From: Bugula neritina
Taxonomy: Eukaryota > Animalia > Bryozoa
NCBI GenBank assembly: GCA_964035545.1
Contig: OZ037765.1
Location: forward strand, 5,466,698-5,530,697
Reading direction: 5' to 3'
Length of the DNA: 64,000 bases
Shown: positions 11,701 through 24,127 of the stretch, piece after piece
Numbering within the stretch: the stretch's first letter is position 1
Layout: every line of letters begins with the position of its first letter
Program-made: the position numbers and the translations under genes
Notes under the pieces: generated by a model
The model's input: only the letters and a program-made list of their open reading frames with translations
Told to the model about the DNA's origin: nothing
The model's database searches: none

Positions 11701-14700
11701 TCTCTCCGTTTCTCCCAATAAATATGGTAAACTTTTAGAGTGATCAGTTATAAGGAATTCTTGATTTTTTTTCAACTAATTATCAAGATGATAAATCTGT
11801 TACACAAAAAGAAATGCAAGATAATATATAAATTGAAATGGTGCTTCAATCCTGAGAACAGTTCAACACGAGTAATGAATGTGTACACCAACCTTTCCAG
11901 TGACGGGATCCTGTTTAGACATGGTGTGTTTTCTCCAGTGGTCAGCGAATGGCTTCATAGTCTGTCCCTCTACCGGTTTGGAATAGTCGTACTCATCAAC
12001 ACGGTCCTAAGTATAACAATCCATACTAATATCTTTATATCGTACAGTCGCTATACAGTGATAAACAGAATATTCAGCATTTCATAAAATCTCTCTAACA
12101 TTTTCTCATTTTAGCTGTAAAACAGACTCGCTAGCTTAAGCTCTAAGGATATCTAGCGCCCGCCCCAACCAAGCACGTCACCCGTCCCTTACTGGATAGT
12201 CTTCTCTTGCGTGGGCTCCTCGACTCTCTTTTCTATTCTCCGCTGACACAACAGTCTGACTCGACACGAGCATCAAGTTCTGCAGCTCCAGAGTCTCCAC
12301 CAGATCTGAGTTCCATATTAGTCCATGATCGCTGACCTTGAGGTCACTCATGGCATCGTAACACTCTTGCACTTTCTCAACACCTTCCTGGAGAGTCGGG
12401 CCGTCTCTGAATACAGCCGCATTGTCCTGCATCGCCTACAGGAAATACAATTTAAATTAAACATGAATTAAAATATATAATGTAATCGATTTAAGTTGCA
12501 AACTTCATTTTCATGCAGGCAGCCAAGATGTATGGGGCAATTAGCATGGCATCGAATATATGTATTTCAGTGAATGTCCAGTAAAACTGGCTATAAATAT
12601 CGTCAAAACTCAATCAAAATGTACATATATCTTGGAAACGCAGTCCGGTGGAAAATTGGACATAAAATATTCAGTATATAGTTGAGGAGATATAACTCTT
12701 TTAATAAAATAAATTAATGAGTGAACAGCAAATCAATCAAACTATAAATTCTGAATACACAGTGAGTAGCAAACATTGTAAACTTCAGGTTGTGGCTAAG
12801 CTCATCACAAGTCAAAAACTTTGATAAAGTTAAACTCTCAAATATTTTACACTCAAAATGAAACAACACTCAATAAATTCCCTCAAAGAGGAAAAGAACA
12901 TGTTGACCGTATGCAATAATAAAGGGAATGTTAGAGATTTGATTTACAAAAACTTGTTTATAAATTGCCTGAGAGACTACCTTCTGAAGCCTTAGTCTAA
13001 GAGCTGAAGTTGGGGTGTCCCCATCAGCATACCGCACTTTATCCAGATTAGCAATGGACATCTCTCCAGCATCCTGTACAAATTTAATAGATTTTACTTA
13101 ATTTAGTACACACTGAAAATTTCCAATTTTTAGCTATTTTTTACAATTTAGCTGCTAATGAACATGGGTTTTTGCCCAAAACTAGTAAAGTATCAATAAA
13201 TACACCTAACTAATCAAGGTTCTTCTTATTTTTCAAACGTAGCTGAATAATTAGGTAAAAGCATGGGAAATCAAACAAAATAAAAAAGAACCTTGATTAG
13301 TTAGGTGTATTTATTGATACTTTACTAGTTTTGGGCAAAAACTCATGTTCTTTAGCAGCTAAATTGTAAAAAATAGCTAAAAATTGGAAATTTCCAGCGT
13401 GTACTAAATTAAGTAAAATGACCCACTTATAATAATCAACATAATCAGCACCAGTTTCTACCCTCTGGTTGTAAAAGATTTTATTTCAATAAACTAAGTG
13501 TTCAGATACAAGAAAGAATTAGGAGACCAATTGTTCTTTCACACTTTAAATCTTATTTTACATGTAAATTTGGCTCATAACTTGGAGGAATACAGGAATT
13601 GAGAAAATTCTCACTGGACTGAGATCTTTGATTTTATCTCCCGGCTTGTGTTCAGCAGCAATCTCTAGAGCGCAGGCTCTGCCAAACACCACAATGTCAA
13701 GGAGAGAGTTGGCACCCAGTCTATTAGCACCGTGTACCGATACGCAGGCAGATTCTCCTGCTGCGTAGAGTCCAGGCACTACCTTGTCACCACCTTCTTC
13801 CGTGTAGTCAAGCACCTGGCAAACACATTACCAGCGAGTCATTGAGAACTGTACAGTTTTACTTGTAGCATTCAACATCAAACGCTCAGCTACTGTGCAA
13901 TACAATAATAAATCCTTAGCAAAATGTCGGTACATATTTTAATTTTTTCCTCATTCAATATTTTACTCATAGTAACTTCTGAATGATAATTCCCATGACA
14001 AAGATTTTGCGAAAACCTGTTCAAAGCACCGTTTTGGGTCAGATAAAAATGAAACTGGTTAATGGAGTTGCTAATCTGGTGACTAAGAGACAAAAATTTC
14101 AACTTCAAAACAGTTGAGCCGCTAGCATTACCTGTTGCTTACCTTGAACCCATCAGCAAAACCATACTTAGCAACTCAAGTTTAATACTATGCAGATATG
14201 GCAATTAAACCTCCAGAGTTGACATAATGCCTTTGCTAATTAATTTACCCTACCTAATGACAAAACAGATCAAACAAGGTAATTTTCTCTCTAAGCTGGT
14301 TCACCTTGATGCAACCAATTCAAAGCCATAAATACTTGAGTCCGGATGTGAGAAAATTTTCAAACAAAAACAACATTACGAGCCAACCAGACAAGACCAT
14401 ACGAGTTGTTTCATAACGCGCAATTGAACGGCTGTACGCTACGGACAGCCTGTTACCAGGGTTTGCAATACCTGTGCTAGAAATACAGAGCTGCTTTGTC
14501 AAAATGTTGATTGATAAATGTCATGAACAGCATCAACCCCTGCAGAGCACCTGCTCGCAAAAACTGCATTAATAAAACTCGACGCTTAAAATTTAATTGG
14601 TAAATTAACAAAGACCAGTGCAAGAATGTTCTCTGTAGATGCTAGACGCGGGGAGCTTGCCAACGACTTGTCTGGTTAAGTTACCGGAGACATCAACATT

Positions 14701-17700
14701 CACACCTCACCTGCATAATCATTGTTCTGAGTACAGAACAAAGACTTTATACAGACTTAGTCTGTGTTCCTGTATTACACTCACCTGTCCCTTGTAGTTG
14801 GTGGGGATACCGCCCATGTTGTAATGGACGGTGGGCAGGACCGGGATAGGATCCCTGGTTACGTCAACACCAGCAAATATCATCGCAGTCTCAGATATGC
14901 CGGGAAGGTTGGCTTTGAGCTGCTCAGGTGGTAAATGGGATAGCTGTAGGTACATGTGGTCTTTGTTAGGCCCGACTCCTCTGTGAAAACCAGTGTGTTA
15001 TGTTTCACGTTAAATTATTTGCAGCATGCAATATATATTTTACAATATACATACAATTTAGATACATTAACTTGCGTTAAATAGAAACATCACATTCTGA
15101 AAAAAAATATCACTAGCATTTTGAAAATGCAATTAATGAAAAAATATTTAAATGCAAATGTACTATATTTCTGCTATATTAACATATTATACTTAATAAT
15201 CATAACACGTTGATATAGTTGGTAAGGCCCTTTCAAACGTGTCAAAAGTGAATTTTAAAAGAGAACTCCACACCATCACTGCCTAGCTAGCTTGACAATC
15301 TCTTGGCAAATTATCTCAGAATAAATTTAATTTTTTCAATTTAAACAATATAAAATTAGCTCTATAACAAAGTTAATGCACATCCTCCAGTTCAGTTGAA
15401 TGGTGACCTTCATTCTATACAGCAACACTTGAAATAAATTATTATGCAGATTAATTCCAAATATTGAAGTAATCTTTTGTCTCGCAGAAACCACATAAAG
15501 CATTACTCGCTGAGTAAACGTTGTCAACTTTCCCCTAATGTGAATTTTTTCCACATTACACTGGAATCCACTCAAGACATAAATAAGCGAATACCCATAT
15601 AATCACATCCCTGTCAACGTTTAGAGGATAATAACAGTGAAATATTTTAATTTAAATTGTGCTAATGTATGGCTATTATGAGTAACTGAGTTGTTGAAAA
15701 AATCTGTTCACCAAACTGTATAAATATTCACAGCGTGAGATAAAATATTAGAAATGTGTTTATAAACCAGCATGTGAATAAACATATGAGATATACAGAT
15801 ATGTCGACAAGTACTTCTAGAACTGTTATAGCAAATAGAAACTCATGTTTAAGCTGCACAAACACGTGATGTCTATCAACGTGTTCACCTGTCTATAAAT
15901 AAAAACATTCATTCCACAAACACGTCATTCAGGTAACTTGGTAGCCATGTTGTTATGACATGGAGATTCCGTTGACTGTTTTAGTTCTCACCTGCCTTCC
16001 CTGATCTCGATGGTCTCTGCACGTGAGACGATGTCACGGCTGGCTAGATCTCTAGCAGTCGGTGCATATCTGTCCATAAACCTCTCACCTTCGCTGTTGA
16101 TGAGAAAACCGCCTTCTCCCCGGCAGCCTTCAGTGATGAGACAGCCGGCACCGTATATGCCTGAAACAGACCAATATTTCACTTGAGAATTTCCAGTCTC
16201 AAAGCAATGAGAAAAAGTTGAGGTCATAAAATATTGAGTGGGAAAGTGGAATGTAAGTATGTGTAACACGGTGAGGCAATAAGCGATGATAGTTGGATAT
16301 CTCCACGCCCACTGGTGTTATACAACATGGTTGTTACCACACCGCTTGCTCATGCAGCATTCATCATTACATGGCAAGTATAGTAGAGATGAAATATTCA
16401 ATTAACTCAAGCCAGATGTAAAAGCTAGATAGTGAGCTCACGCATCTATTTTAATTATGCTAACAGGGAAATCTCTAATAGAGTTGGCAGAGTAAGAGTG
16501 GAGACAGCATTGCTAGCGGCTAGCTATGCTGTAACACAGTTGTGATAAGAAATCTATTATTCATGGTGTATCCCAGGTCTTTGAGAAGATGGACTCCAGA
16601 TAAGGTGTTAGCATACTGAATGTAATATGATATAATGGCTAGTCATACTGAAGACAACACTGTGATAAGTCACCTGTTGGGTGGAACTGAACAAACTCCA
16701 TGTCACTGTTAGGTAAACCAGCTCTTGTGATCATAGCTGAGCCGTCGCCGGTGCATGTGTGTGCGGAAGTGCAGGAGAAGTAAGCTCGGCCATAGCCACT
16801 GCAACATAAATTGATTCGTGAGAGAAAAATCCTGCCCGATACTGAACGGTATACTCGAACTAGTAACATTCATGTACCCAGTTGTGTAACACCCTGTAAT
16901 AAAGTGAAGTGTTTAGGCTGCACTACTAGGCTATTTGGCGCCATTAAAATTTCGAATACCAATTTCATGGCAAGAAACCAGCAATAATCCCATCCTTGTG
17001 GAACAAAACATCAACCAAAAGTATTTCGAAAATAAAATTGCATTCTCCAATTTTTGTATTAAAATCAGTATCACTGTTGTTAGTTATTAACAGGTTATAA
17101 AGTTTCTTTTCAGTTTCAACTGATTTACTGTAGAATGTGACTTTATAATTAAAGCTGTTTTACAGCAATAATGTTTCTCATTAAGCGAACATTGGCAATA
17201 TGCAACAGCTTTGGTGTATAATAGAGAGACATTATGGGAGAGATGTTCATTCCCCGGTTAAAGCACGACGTGACCCGTGAAAAGCCGAGGTATAGTAGTT
17301 CAACAGCTCCATTACAGGCACAGCAGAGAAACTTGAGTAAACTATTTCAAAAACGGTGAAGTTGTGCAAAAAAGAGCATAACTCTAATAAATAAAGGAAA
17401 AAATTTCTACAAACAAATGAAAACTTTGCCTTTTTTTTGGAAGTACTAATTTTACAGCAAAATAAATTTCAGCAATACATAGATATAGTAATGGTACAGA
17501 ATAATGATCAGGTCTGTCTATAGGTATATAGGATTACAATTAATACAACTTTTATAGTCTTAACCTACTAGTTCAAAGTCAATTCTATTGAAACTAACTG
17601 CAGAAATTATATTGTAGTTACATCCCAAAACAGCAACGGCTCAGCAATATAAGTTGTGCTCTCCTTTGGCAATACAGTAATTATAGTAATATGCATTTAC

Positions 17701-20700
17701 TAAATGATTCAACACACCTGCAAGATTTCTCTATAAAATTAAAATATGATTACCATAAACTTTGAACACGAATAATTGATTCATTAAAAAAAAACTCACG
17801 CATGTTTATAGTCACTATCCCTGTGAGAAACCCCTGATAGAAAGGGTTTTTGTTAAAGCGGGCTAAGGACTTATTTAATTGAGGCACAGGAGCAATTATG
17901 ACTGGATTCTCTTCCTAACATCACCAATGGCCTTTGTCAGGGCTCGAACCCATAACCTTGGTGTTTACTAGGCAAACGCTTTAACCCCTAGACCACGGCT
18001 GCTCCCTTAAGGCTTTTAGTATAAATTAAACGCATATCTAGTGGTAAAAACTTTTCTCGTGTCATGCCAGTAATTTTAGGTAAGGACTGACAACTCCAAT
18101 ATCTAAAGGCACATTCTAACTCACAACACAAAAATAAAGTTTGATACTTAAGTCTAAATATTATCAAAACAGTCCCAATGATGATTTATAATAATTTGTA
18201 ACAATAATTGAATCAAAAGTTACTACTTTTTTAACCTAAAGACACCCACCAAAGCTTAGTAGTTGCCTTATCATATTAAACGCATGGCTTGAGGTAGGAG
18301 AAGACAACTCTTGAACATATAAATTATATAAGTTTTCACAGGAGGTATACTAATTTCAATAATGCCATCACAAGCAGGGAAATCAATAGACTACTACCAG
18401 TACTACATGTACATTATCTTGATTTAAAAGTACAACTCATCACTACAGCAATTAGCTAGTAGTAATAAGACACGTTTAATAATGTTATAAGCAGTTCTAT
18501 ATAGCAAAATAATACAAAAAAAATTAATAACTTGACTGCAAATAGCCCTACTGTAAAAAGCTACCACTGCTATAAATAACTAGTAGTACTACAACTAAAT
18601 ACGACTACTATAAGCAAATAGTACTAGTATTGTAACTATTACTACTAGTACTATATGTAACTATCACTACTATTAGCAAATATTACTACTATAACTATGA
18701 CTACTATAACTAAGTACAATTACTATTGTAACTATTACTAATACTAAAAGTAACAACCCCTACTATTAGTAACTATTACTATTATTGTAACCCACCCTAA
18801 AACTAAGAAGTAAGATAAAGCGTACCCAGTTGCCAGTACAGTGTTCTTTGATCTGAACCTATGAATGGTCCCATCATCCAGGCACAGTGCGATCACACCG
18901 ACACACTCTCCCTCCTCCATCAGGAGATCCAGTGCGAAATATTCGATAAAGTAGTGACAGTCATACATTAGGGACTGTAAACATGAGGGAATGTACACAT
19001 CACACCAGATATATAAATATATATATTGCTGTCACCCAGTACTGCCTTGTATGACACTAGCCTAGCTGAGCTAGTGCTCTCACCAACACAACTGCTGTCC
19101 ACTTAGTTAGCTTAGCTCAAATGGGTCATGTTACTTAACTAAGTGCACACTCGACATCTCTAGTTTTCAACTATTTTTCACAATTTAGCTGCTAATGTGT
19201 ATGGGTTCTTGCTCTAAGCTAACAAAATATTAATAAATACAGCTAAATAATCAAGTTTCTTTTTAATCTGGCTTGATTTCTTCTATTTTTTTCTAATTAT
19301 CAAATGAATTGGGATTTGTGAACCCTGGTGAAAAGACCATCGCGGTTTGCATATATGTATATACTTAGCTCACATGGCAATGACATTGCTTTAATGTTGC
19401 AGAACCCTCTCCCAGCTTTTGTTTGCTATACATAGTTAGAATCAGCACAAAAAATTACCTTATATAACAAATTTTCAAGAATTTTGAGCAAAATTTCAAG
19501 TTTTGGTCCTAACTTGCTGATGTGTACTAAACAAAGTAAAATGAGCCAAATCAGACCATGCACTAGAGCATTGATACTTTAATGATGCCAAAGTCAGCTG
19601 TCATATATTGGCAGCCAGGTTAGACAGATGCCGGATAATGAATGTATATTCATGAGTAAACAGATAGAAAGAGGTGAGACACACAACGTACCCTGCCATA
19701 GAGAGTGTGCAGGAGGGAGTGGCCAGTCCTGTCAGCTACACAACAACATCTGTGAGCCTGACCTCCTTTACCATAGTCCAAACTTCCACCTCCGAAAGCT
19801 CTCTGGTAGATCTTACCATCTTCCAGACGACTAAAGGGCATACCGTAATTCTCCAGCTGCAAGTAACACCACAGCATCTTAACGTTGAGGCAACGCGCAT
19901 ACTTGGTGGAAAAAACTAACACTGAATGTAGTAGGGCTAAATTTAAAAAACAGTAATGTTGATATAACTCACATATTCTGCGAGTCCATGCTATCAACCA
20001 GCGTTGAAACAAATTAAATATTATATAAAGTTGAATTTCTCATTAAGACAAATATATCATATTATGATATAAGGGAGCAGCCATGGTCTAGGGGTTAGAG
20101 CGCTTGCTTAGTAAACACAAAGTCATGGGTTTGAACCCAGTAAAGGCCATTGGTGATGTTAGGAAGAGCATCCAGTCGTAATTGCTCCTGAGCCCCATTT
20201 TAATAAGCATTTAGCCCGCTTTAACAAAAGCCCTTTCCATTCAGGGTTTCTTACAGGGATGGTGAGTATAAATTTACATGAGTTTTACTATATTATGATA
20301 TGCCAATTGTCATTAGCCAAAGATTACAAATCTAGTCAAGATACTTGTGAAAGAGAATCTTATTGGATTACCTCAATGACGGAGTTGGGAGCTTCCCGAG
20401 TCATGTATTGTATTGCATTTTGATCTCCCAGCCAATCAGAGCCTTTAACAGTATCGTAGAAATGCCACCTCCAATCATCATTCTCCATGTTGCCCAGGGC
20501 TGCATTTATACCGCCCTGTAGACAGTACAACCCCATTAAATCAAGAACAGTAAGGAAAGGGTGACCTATTGAAAGGTCAAATTAAACGGAAGCTGCTGTA
20601 TTAGTACAAAGCAAGTCAATACAAGCTTAGCTCCATTTAATATAACATATTTCGCATAACATGTTTAATATACCATGATTTATATAACATATTTAATATA

Positions 20701-21487
20701 ACATGATTCATATAACATATTTAATATATCATATTTAATCAAACATATTTAACATATCATATTTAATAAAACACATTCAATAAAATATATTTAATATAAA
20801 ATATTCCATATAACATATTTAATATAATATATTTCATATACAGACAACAGAAAGCTAAGAATACCTGAGCGGCGACTGTGTGTGATCTAGTAGGAAAGAG
20901 TTTGGTGATTACAGCTGTTTTAAAACCCTCGTTAGCCAAGCCAAATGCTGCCCGAAGTCCAGCTCCGCCGGCACCCACGACCACGGCATCATAGGTGTGG
21001 TCAGTTATAGGATACTTGGAGGAGATCTGATAACAACAACAGCAACTGTCAACCAGAATGAAGACTAAGCGCATGGAATATGAAATACTCACATAATAAA
21101 CTCGAAGGGGGAAAACTCACCTCGGTAGATGTGTTTTGTCTGCTATTAGAAGTGGTAAGTGTCCTTAAGGAAGTTTCCCGTGCATTCTGAAATAGTTTGA
21201 ATACAAAATACTTCTCATCACAACTGTACATACTACAAACTAGTAAATTATGAAATAACCAATGTTGAAAGTTGATCACTGCCTACTAAAACACAATTAT
21301 AATGATTGCATAGCATGTATTGAGGTAATTCTAAACAGAAGAATAACATAGTAGTGATTCAAGTTAGTTAGAAGATGTAAATGATTACTGTTAGTTTATT
21401 TATTGTCACATTAATACTAATACTCACCCTGCTTAGGCTACCAGCAAACTTCAAGCCTTGAGTGACTTTGCCCAACATTCTCATCAT
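8747..21487 (-). CDS. SDHA: Succinate dehydrogenase flavoprotein subunit, mitochondrial (complete, 14 coding exons, 656 aa)
   Basis: Exons 21428-21487, 21121-21186, 20865-21026, 20372-20515, 19692-19856, 18826-18974, 16674-16798, 15992-16160, 14785-14980, 13615-13815, 12981-13073, 12193-12435, 11893-12006, 8747-8830 sum to 1971 nt in one open frame. Motifs: basic N-terminal transit peptide, [19 protein letters not shown] (covalent FAD His), [45 protein letters not shown], and C-terminal YRPVID...VPPKLRVY*. Confidence 0.97.
12456..12755. repeat. Intronic copy of the SDHA 3' UTR segment (8284-8580), ending about 20 bp from a splice acceptor
   Basis: Same orientation as the 8284-8580 copy. The position equivalent to the AATAAA reads AATGAA (ttcatt at 12504-12509). 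Confidence 0.9.
13091..13424. mobile_element. Foldback/MITE-like non-autonomous DNA element with about 135-bp inverted arms
   Basis: 13091-13224 (attttacttaatttagtacac...ctaatcaaggttctt) is the near-perfect reverse complement of about 13287-13419, with about 4 mismatches and a spacer of about 60 bp. The right end reads aagtaaaatgaccc. No coding capacity. Confidence 0.85.
17794..18006 (-). mobile_element. tRNA-derived SINE, copy 1
   Basis: The minus strand starts GGGAGCAGCCGTGGTCTAGGGGTTAAAGCG...GGGTTCGAGCCC (Pol III A-box and B-box) and continues into a body (ggccattggtgatgttaggaagag...aattgctcctg) shared with three other copies in the window. Confidence 0.85.
18560..18790. repeat. Degenerate (ACT/ATT)n low-complexity tract in an SDHA intron
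   Basis: Runs such as tattactactataactatgactactataac with 3-bp periodicity. Confidence 0.7.
19123..19547. mobile_element. Diverged relative of the 13091-13424 MITE
   Basis: The left end (gggtcatgttacttaactaagtgcacac...caatttagctgctaatg...aataaatacagctaaataatcaag) matches the 13091 arm. The right end (gtgtactaaacaaagtaaaatgagcc) matches the opposite terminus. Confidence 0.7.
20073..20286 (+). mobile_element. tRNA-derived SINE, copy 2, with 12-bp target-site duplication
   Basis: Head gggagcagccatggtctaggggttagagcg...gggtttgaaccc and the same body as copy 1. Flanked by atattatgatat at 20059-20070 and 20290-20301. Confidence 0.88.
20635..20840. repeat. AT-rich minisatellite, about 14-bp unit (TATAACATATTTAA), about 14 degenerate copies
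   Basis: Repeated tataacatatttaa / tatatcatatttaa units in the SDHA intron between exons 20865-21026 and 20372-20515. Confidence 0.8.
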
Positions 21488-22329
21488 GACTACAATTAAA
21501 TTTAACACTCAATACGCTGATAATGATAATTATACAATAAGTGTATAGATACTAAATAATAGCTGAAACTATTACAAAGGAACCAGTGTTGACCTTGGTG
21601 CTATTTAATTAGAACAATTATCATAAAATATCATTATTATTGGTTTCATAATTATATTTCTATTACTTTCAGCTACTCTGCTCAATCTAAAAGACAAAAC
21701 TTAGAGTTAATTTCATATCAATAATTTCATCACCATAATTATTTATTTATTGCAAGGATTATTTTAATTACTTGATTTGACTAAGCAACGAAACAGCAGA
21801 TGAGACTTATACTGAGTCATAGTGAGAATACATGTATATATGTTTGAGATTAATTACTAAATTTAATTAGCAATCACTAGTTTTTCATATAAGAGTTAGG
21901 AACATTAACAATTAATGATTGCATTTCACGACATTGGAATAATTATTTATCATTATATTTAGAATATTATTACTGGTAAACTTAATCAATTTATAATTAT
22001 AATACAAACAGAATCACAACTAACAATTATAGTAACAACTAAAATTTATAAGTGCAACTCAGTCAAGTTCATTACTTTTATATTTACTTTACTATAAATT
22101 TTAATATAAGTCAATAAACAAAATATTAATATAAACATTTATTTTAATTTTTAACTGATGATTTAGATTAGGTTTACCTAAAAATCAAATGAAACAATAA
22201 TCTTAAGGCTTAAACCTCAAGGGTAATATTGCTTATATTGACAATAAAATCAAATGAAAAATTGATTGATAATAAAACACTATTAGTATTGGTATCGTTT
22301 GTGATTTTATCAGCATGATAACCAAAATG

Positions 22330-22770
22330 ACTATGAGTATGAGATCACCATCACTAACTCTAAGTTAATTACAAGTAACAATATCAATATGAATATCAAT
22401 ATGAATAACTTCAACTTGAACTTCAAGTAACACTAATAGTAATACTAATAGTTACTATTACTATTAGTATTAGTATTACTATTACATTTACTATTAGTTA
22501 TAGTATTACTTAAAGTTCAAGTTGAAGTATTCTATTAGTATTACTATTAGTATTACAGTAACATTAATAGTAATAGAATAGTAATACTAGTACTACTAAT
22601 ACTATAACTTATACTCTTATAGTATAAGTATTAATTAGTATAACTATAACTATTACTATAAGTATAACTATAAGTATAAGTATAACTATAACTATTAGTA
22701 TTACTATTAGTATTACTATTAGTATTAGTATTACTATTATCTATAACAGTATAAGTATAACTAGAAGTAA
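22330..22770. repeat. 3/6-bp periodic tract (TAGTAT/TAACTA/AGTATA) with an embedded 28-bp inverted repeat, in the SDHA 5'-UTR intron
   Basis: Runs of tagtattactattagtat and agtataagtataactata. Arms acttcaacttgaacttcaagtaacacta (from 22408) and tagtattacttaaagttcaagttgaagt (to 22528). Confidence 0.75.
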
Positions 22771-22978
22771 AACTATATCAAATATTTTAATTTTTATCAA
22801 CAACTAATTCATAACTAAACCTGTAATAGCTACAATTTACTGTCGATAAAATATCTAATAAGTAAAGACTGGTGTATTTTAACTTGGATATCAATAGACG
22901 TTGGGCTGAGTTAACTAATTTTAGACATGCGGCATCACTTGCATAAATTTCTAGTTTTAATTATGCAACAAACTCTCA

Positions 22979-23140
22979 CCGGATATGTTTAAAGCTTTGA
23001 GACCGAGTAGAAGGGCTTGAGCGAGTCCAATTGGTTTTTTATGGCTCTGCGAATTTACGTAATCGAAAAGACAACTCTGCAGTTTTATAATGTTTGCGTT
23101 GATGCGCAAGTAATATTAGAGTTAGTAGTTAAAAGCGCTC
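22979..23140 (-). promoter_or_regulatory. Probable SDHA promoter and non-coding first exon
   Basis: Minus-strand donor CCG|GTGAGA at about 22979; locally CpG-rich (tgcgaatttacgtaatcg, ttgcgttgatgcgcaag). The first coding exon is directly preceded by an acceptor (ttgtag|TCATG), so an upstream UTR exon is expected. Confidence 0.45.
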
Positions 23141-24127
23141 TTGGTAAATAAAATGTCTCAGTATAAGATTAAAGTTTTACAAGTTTAATTAGCAGGTGTA
23201 AATTAGAAGTGTATTGCCGTTTAAACAGCATTAATACAAGTTGCTGATAACATAAACATGTTTAGTAACTGGTGTTGATATATTTTCTTATAGCAATGCA
23301 CAATACAAGCTGCATGCATAAATTACACAACTCGATTAGCCATGCAGCTACACACCTCATAACATTCAATTTATTGCATGAGTTTCAAGGACAAAATTTC
23401 TATGATTTTCTAGATATCTTTGAGCAAAATATACAGACTAGTGCATTGCATGCCTTTTCTGTGTAAAGTAGGGATGGTATTTATAAAACTTGTTAACTTT
23501 ACGGCTAATGCAACATTAATTATAAAGTGTCAATATTTTTTTGCATAATGGAACCCTCAACAGTGATATCAACAAGCTATCAGTAACTGATTTGGGGGGG
23601 GGGGGACAGCTTCTAAATTTATTAGTAAGCAATTAATTACACAATGGCAAAAGCTACTTTCAACACCTTATAAACATCTACATAATATTCAAAGATAAAG
23701 AAATTTAAACATTTGCAAAGTGACAACAGGCAAACTCATTGCAAAGTGAAGTAGGAATAGCAACAGTGTAAACAGCTGCTTGTAATGTTATAAACAAAAA
23801 TCTCTGAAAACTAAAATTTTGTGTCAAAATGGCTTGCAAAAAATTTCAATATCGGTTTTTAAAAGTTTTTATTTCTGTAAATTAAATATCTTAAAAGTGA
23901 TGAAATACAATCAAAATTAATCAGATTACTTTTCAAAAAAACTGTTCAAAAACAATCAAAAATAATATTTGATGTATATTAATGTCAAAAAAAATTATTG
24001 CTTGAAAAAAGAAAAAACAGAGTTACAAAAATATTATTATTGAAATATATTATGTTTAAAACTTGCGTTGTTCAGATAATAAAATAGCATTTAATTTTGG
24101 TGAGCAGGTTCGCTAAAGCTCTAACAA

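Noticed and set aside
17250-17305. Possible Helitron 3' hairpin (gacccgtgaaaagccgagg...tagt); also a possible Helentron-like gtctgtccatctg at about 50075
   Set aside because: Too degenerate, no second copy in the window, and no clean CTAG terminus.
17935-18006. tRNA-like sequence with A and B boxes (also 20073-20140 and 57016-57070)
   Set aside because: These are SINE heads: no complete cloverleaf or acceptor stem, and in the four-copy family they are followed by the shared repeat body.
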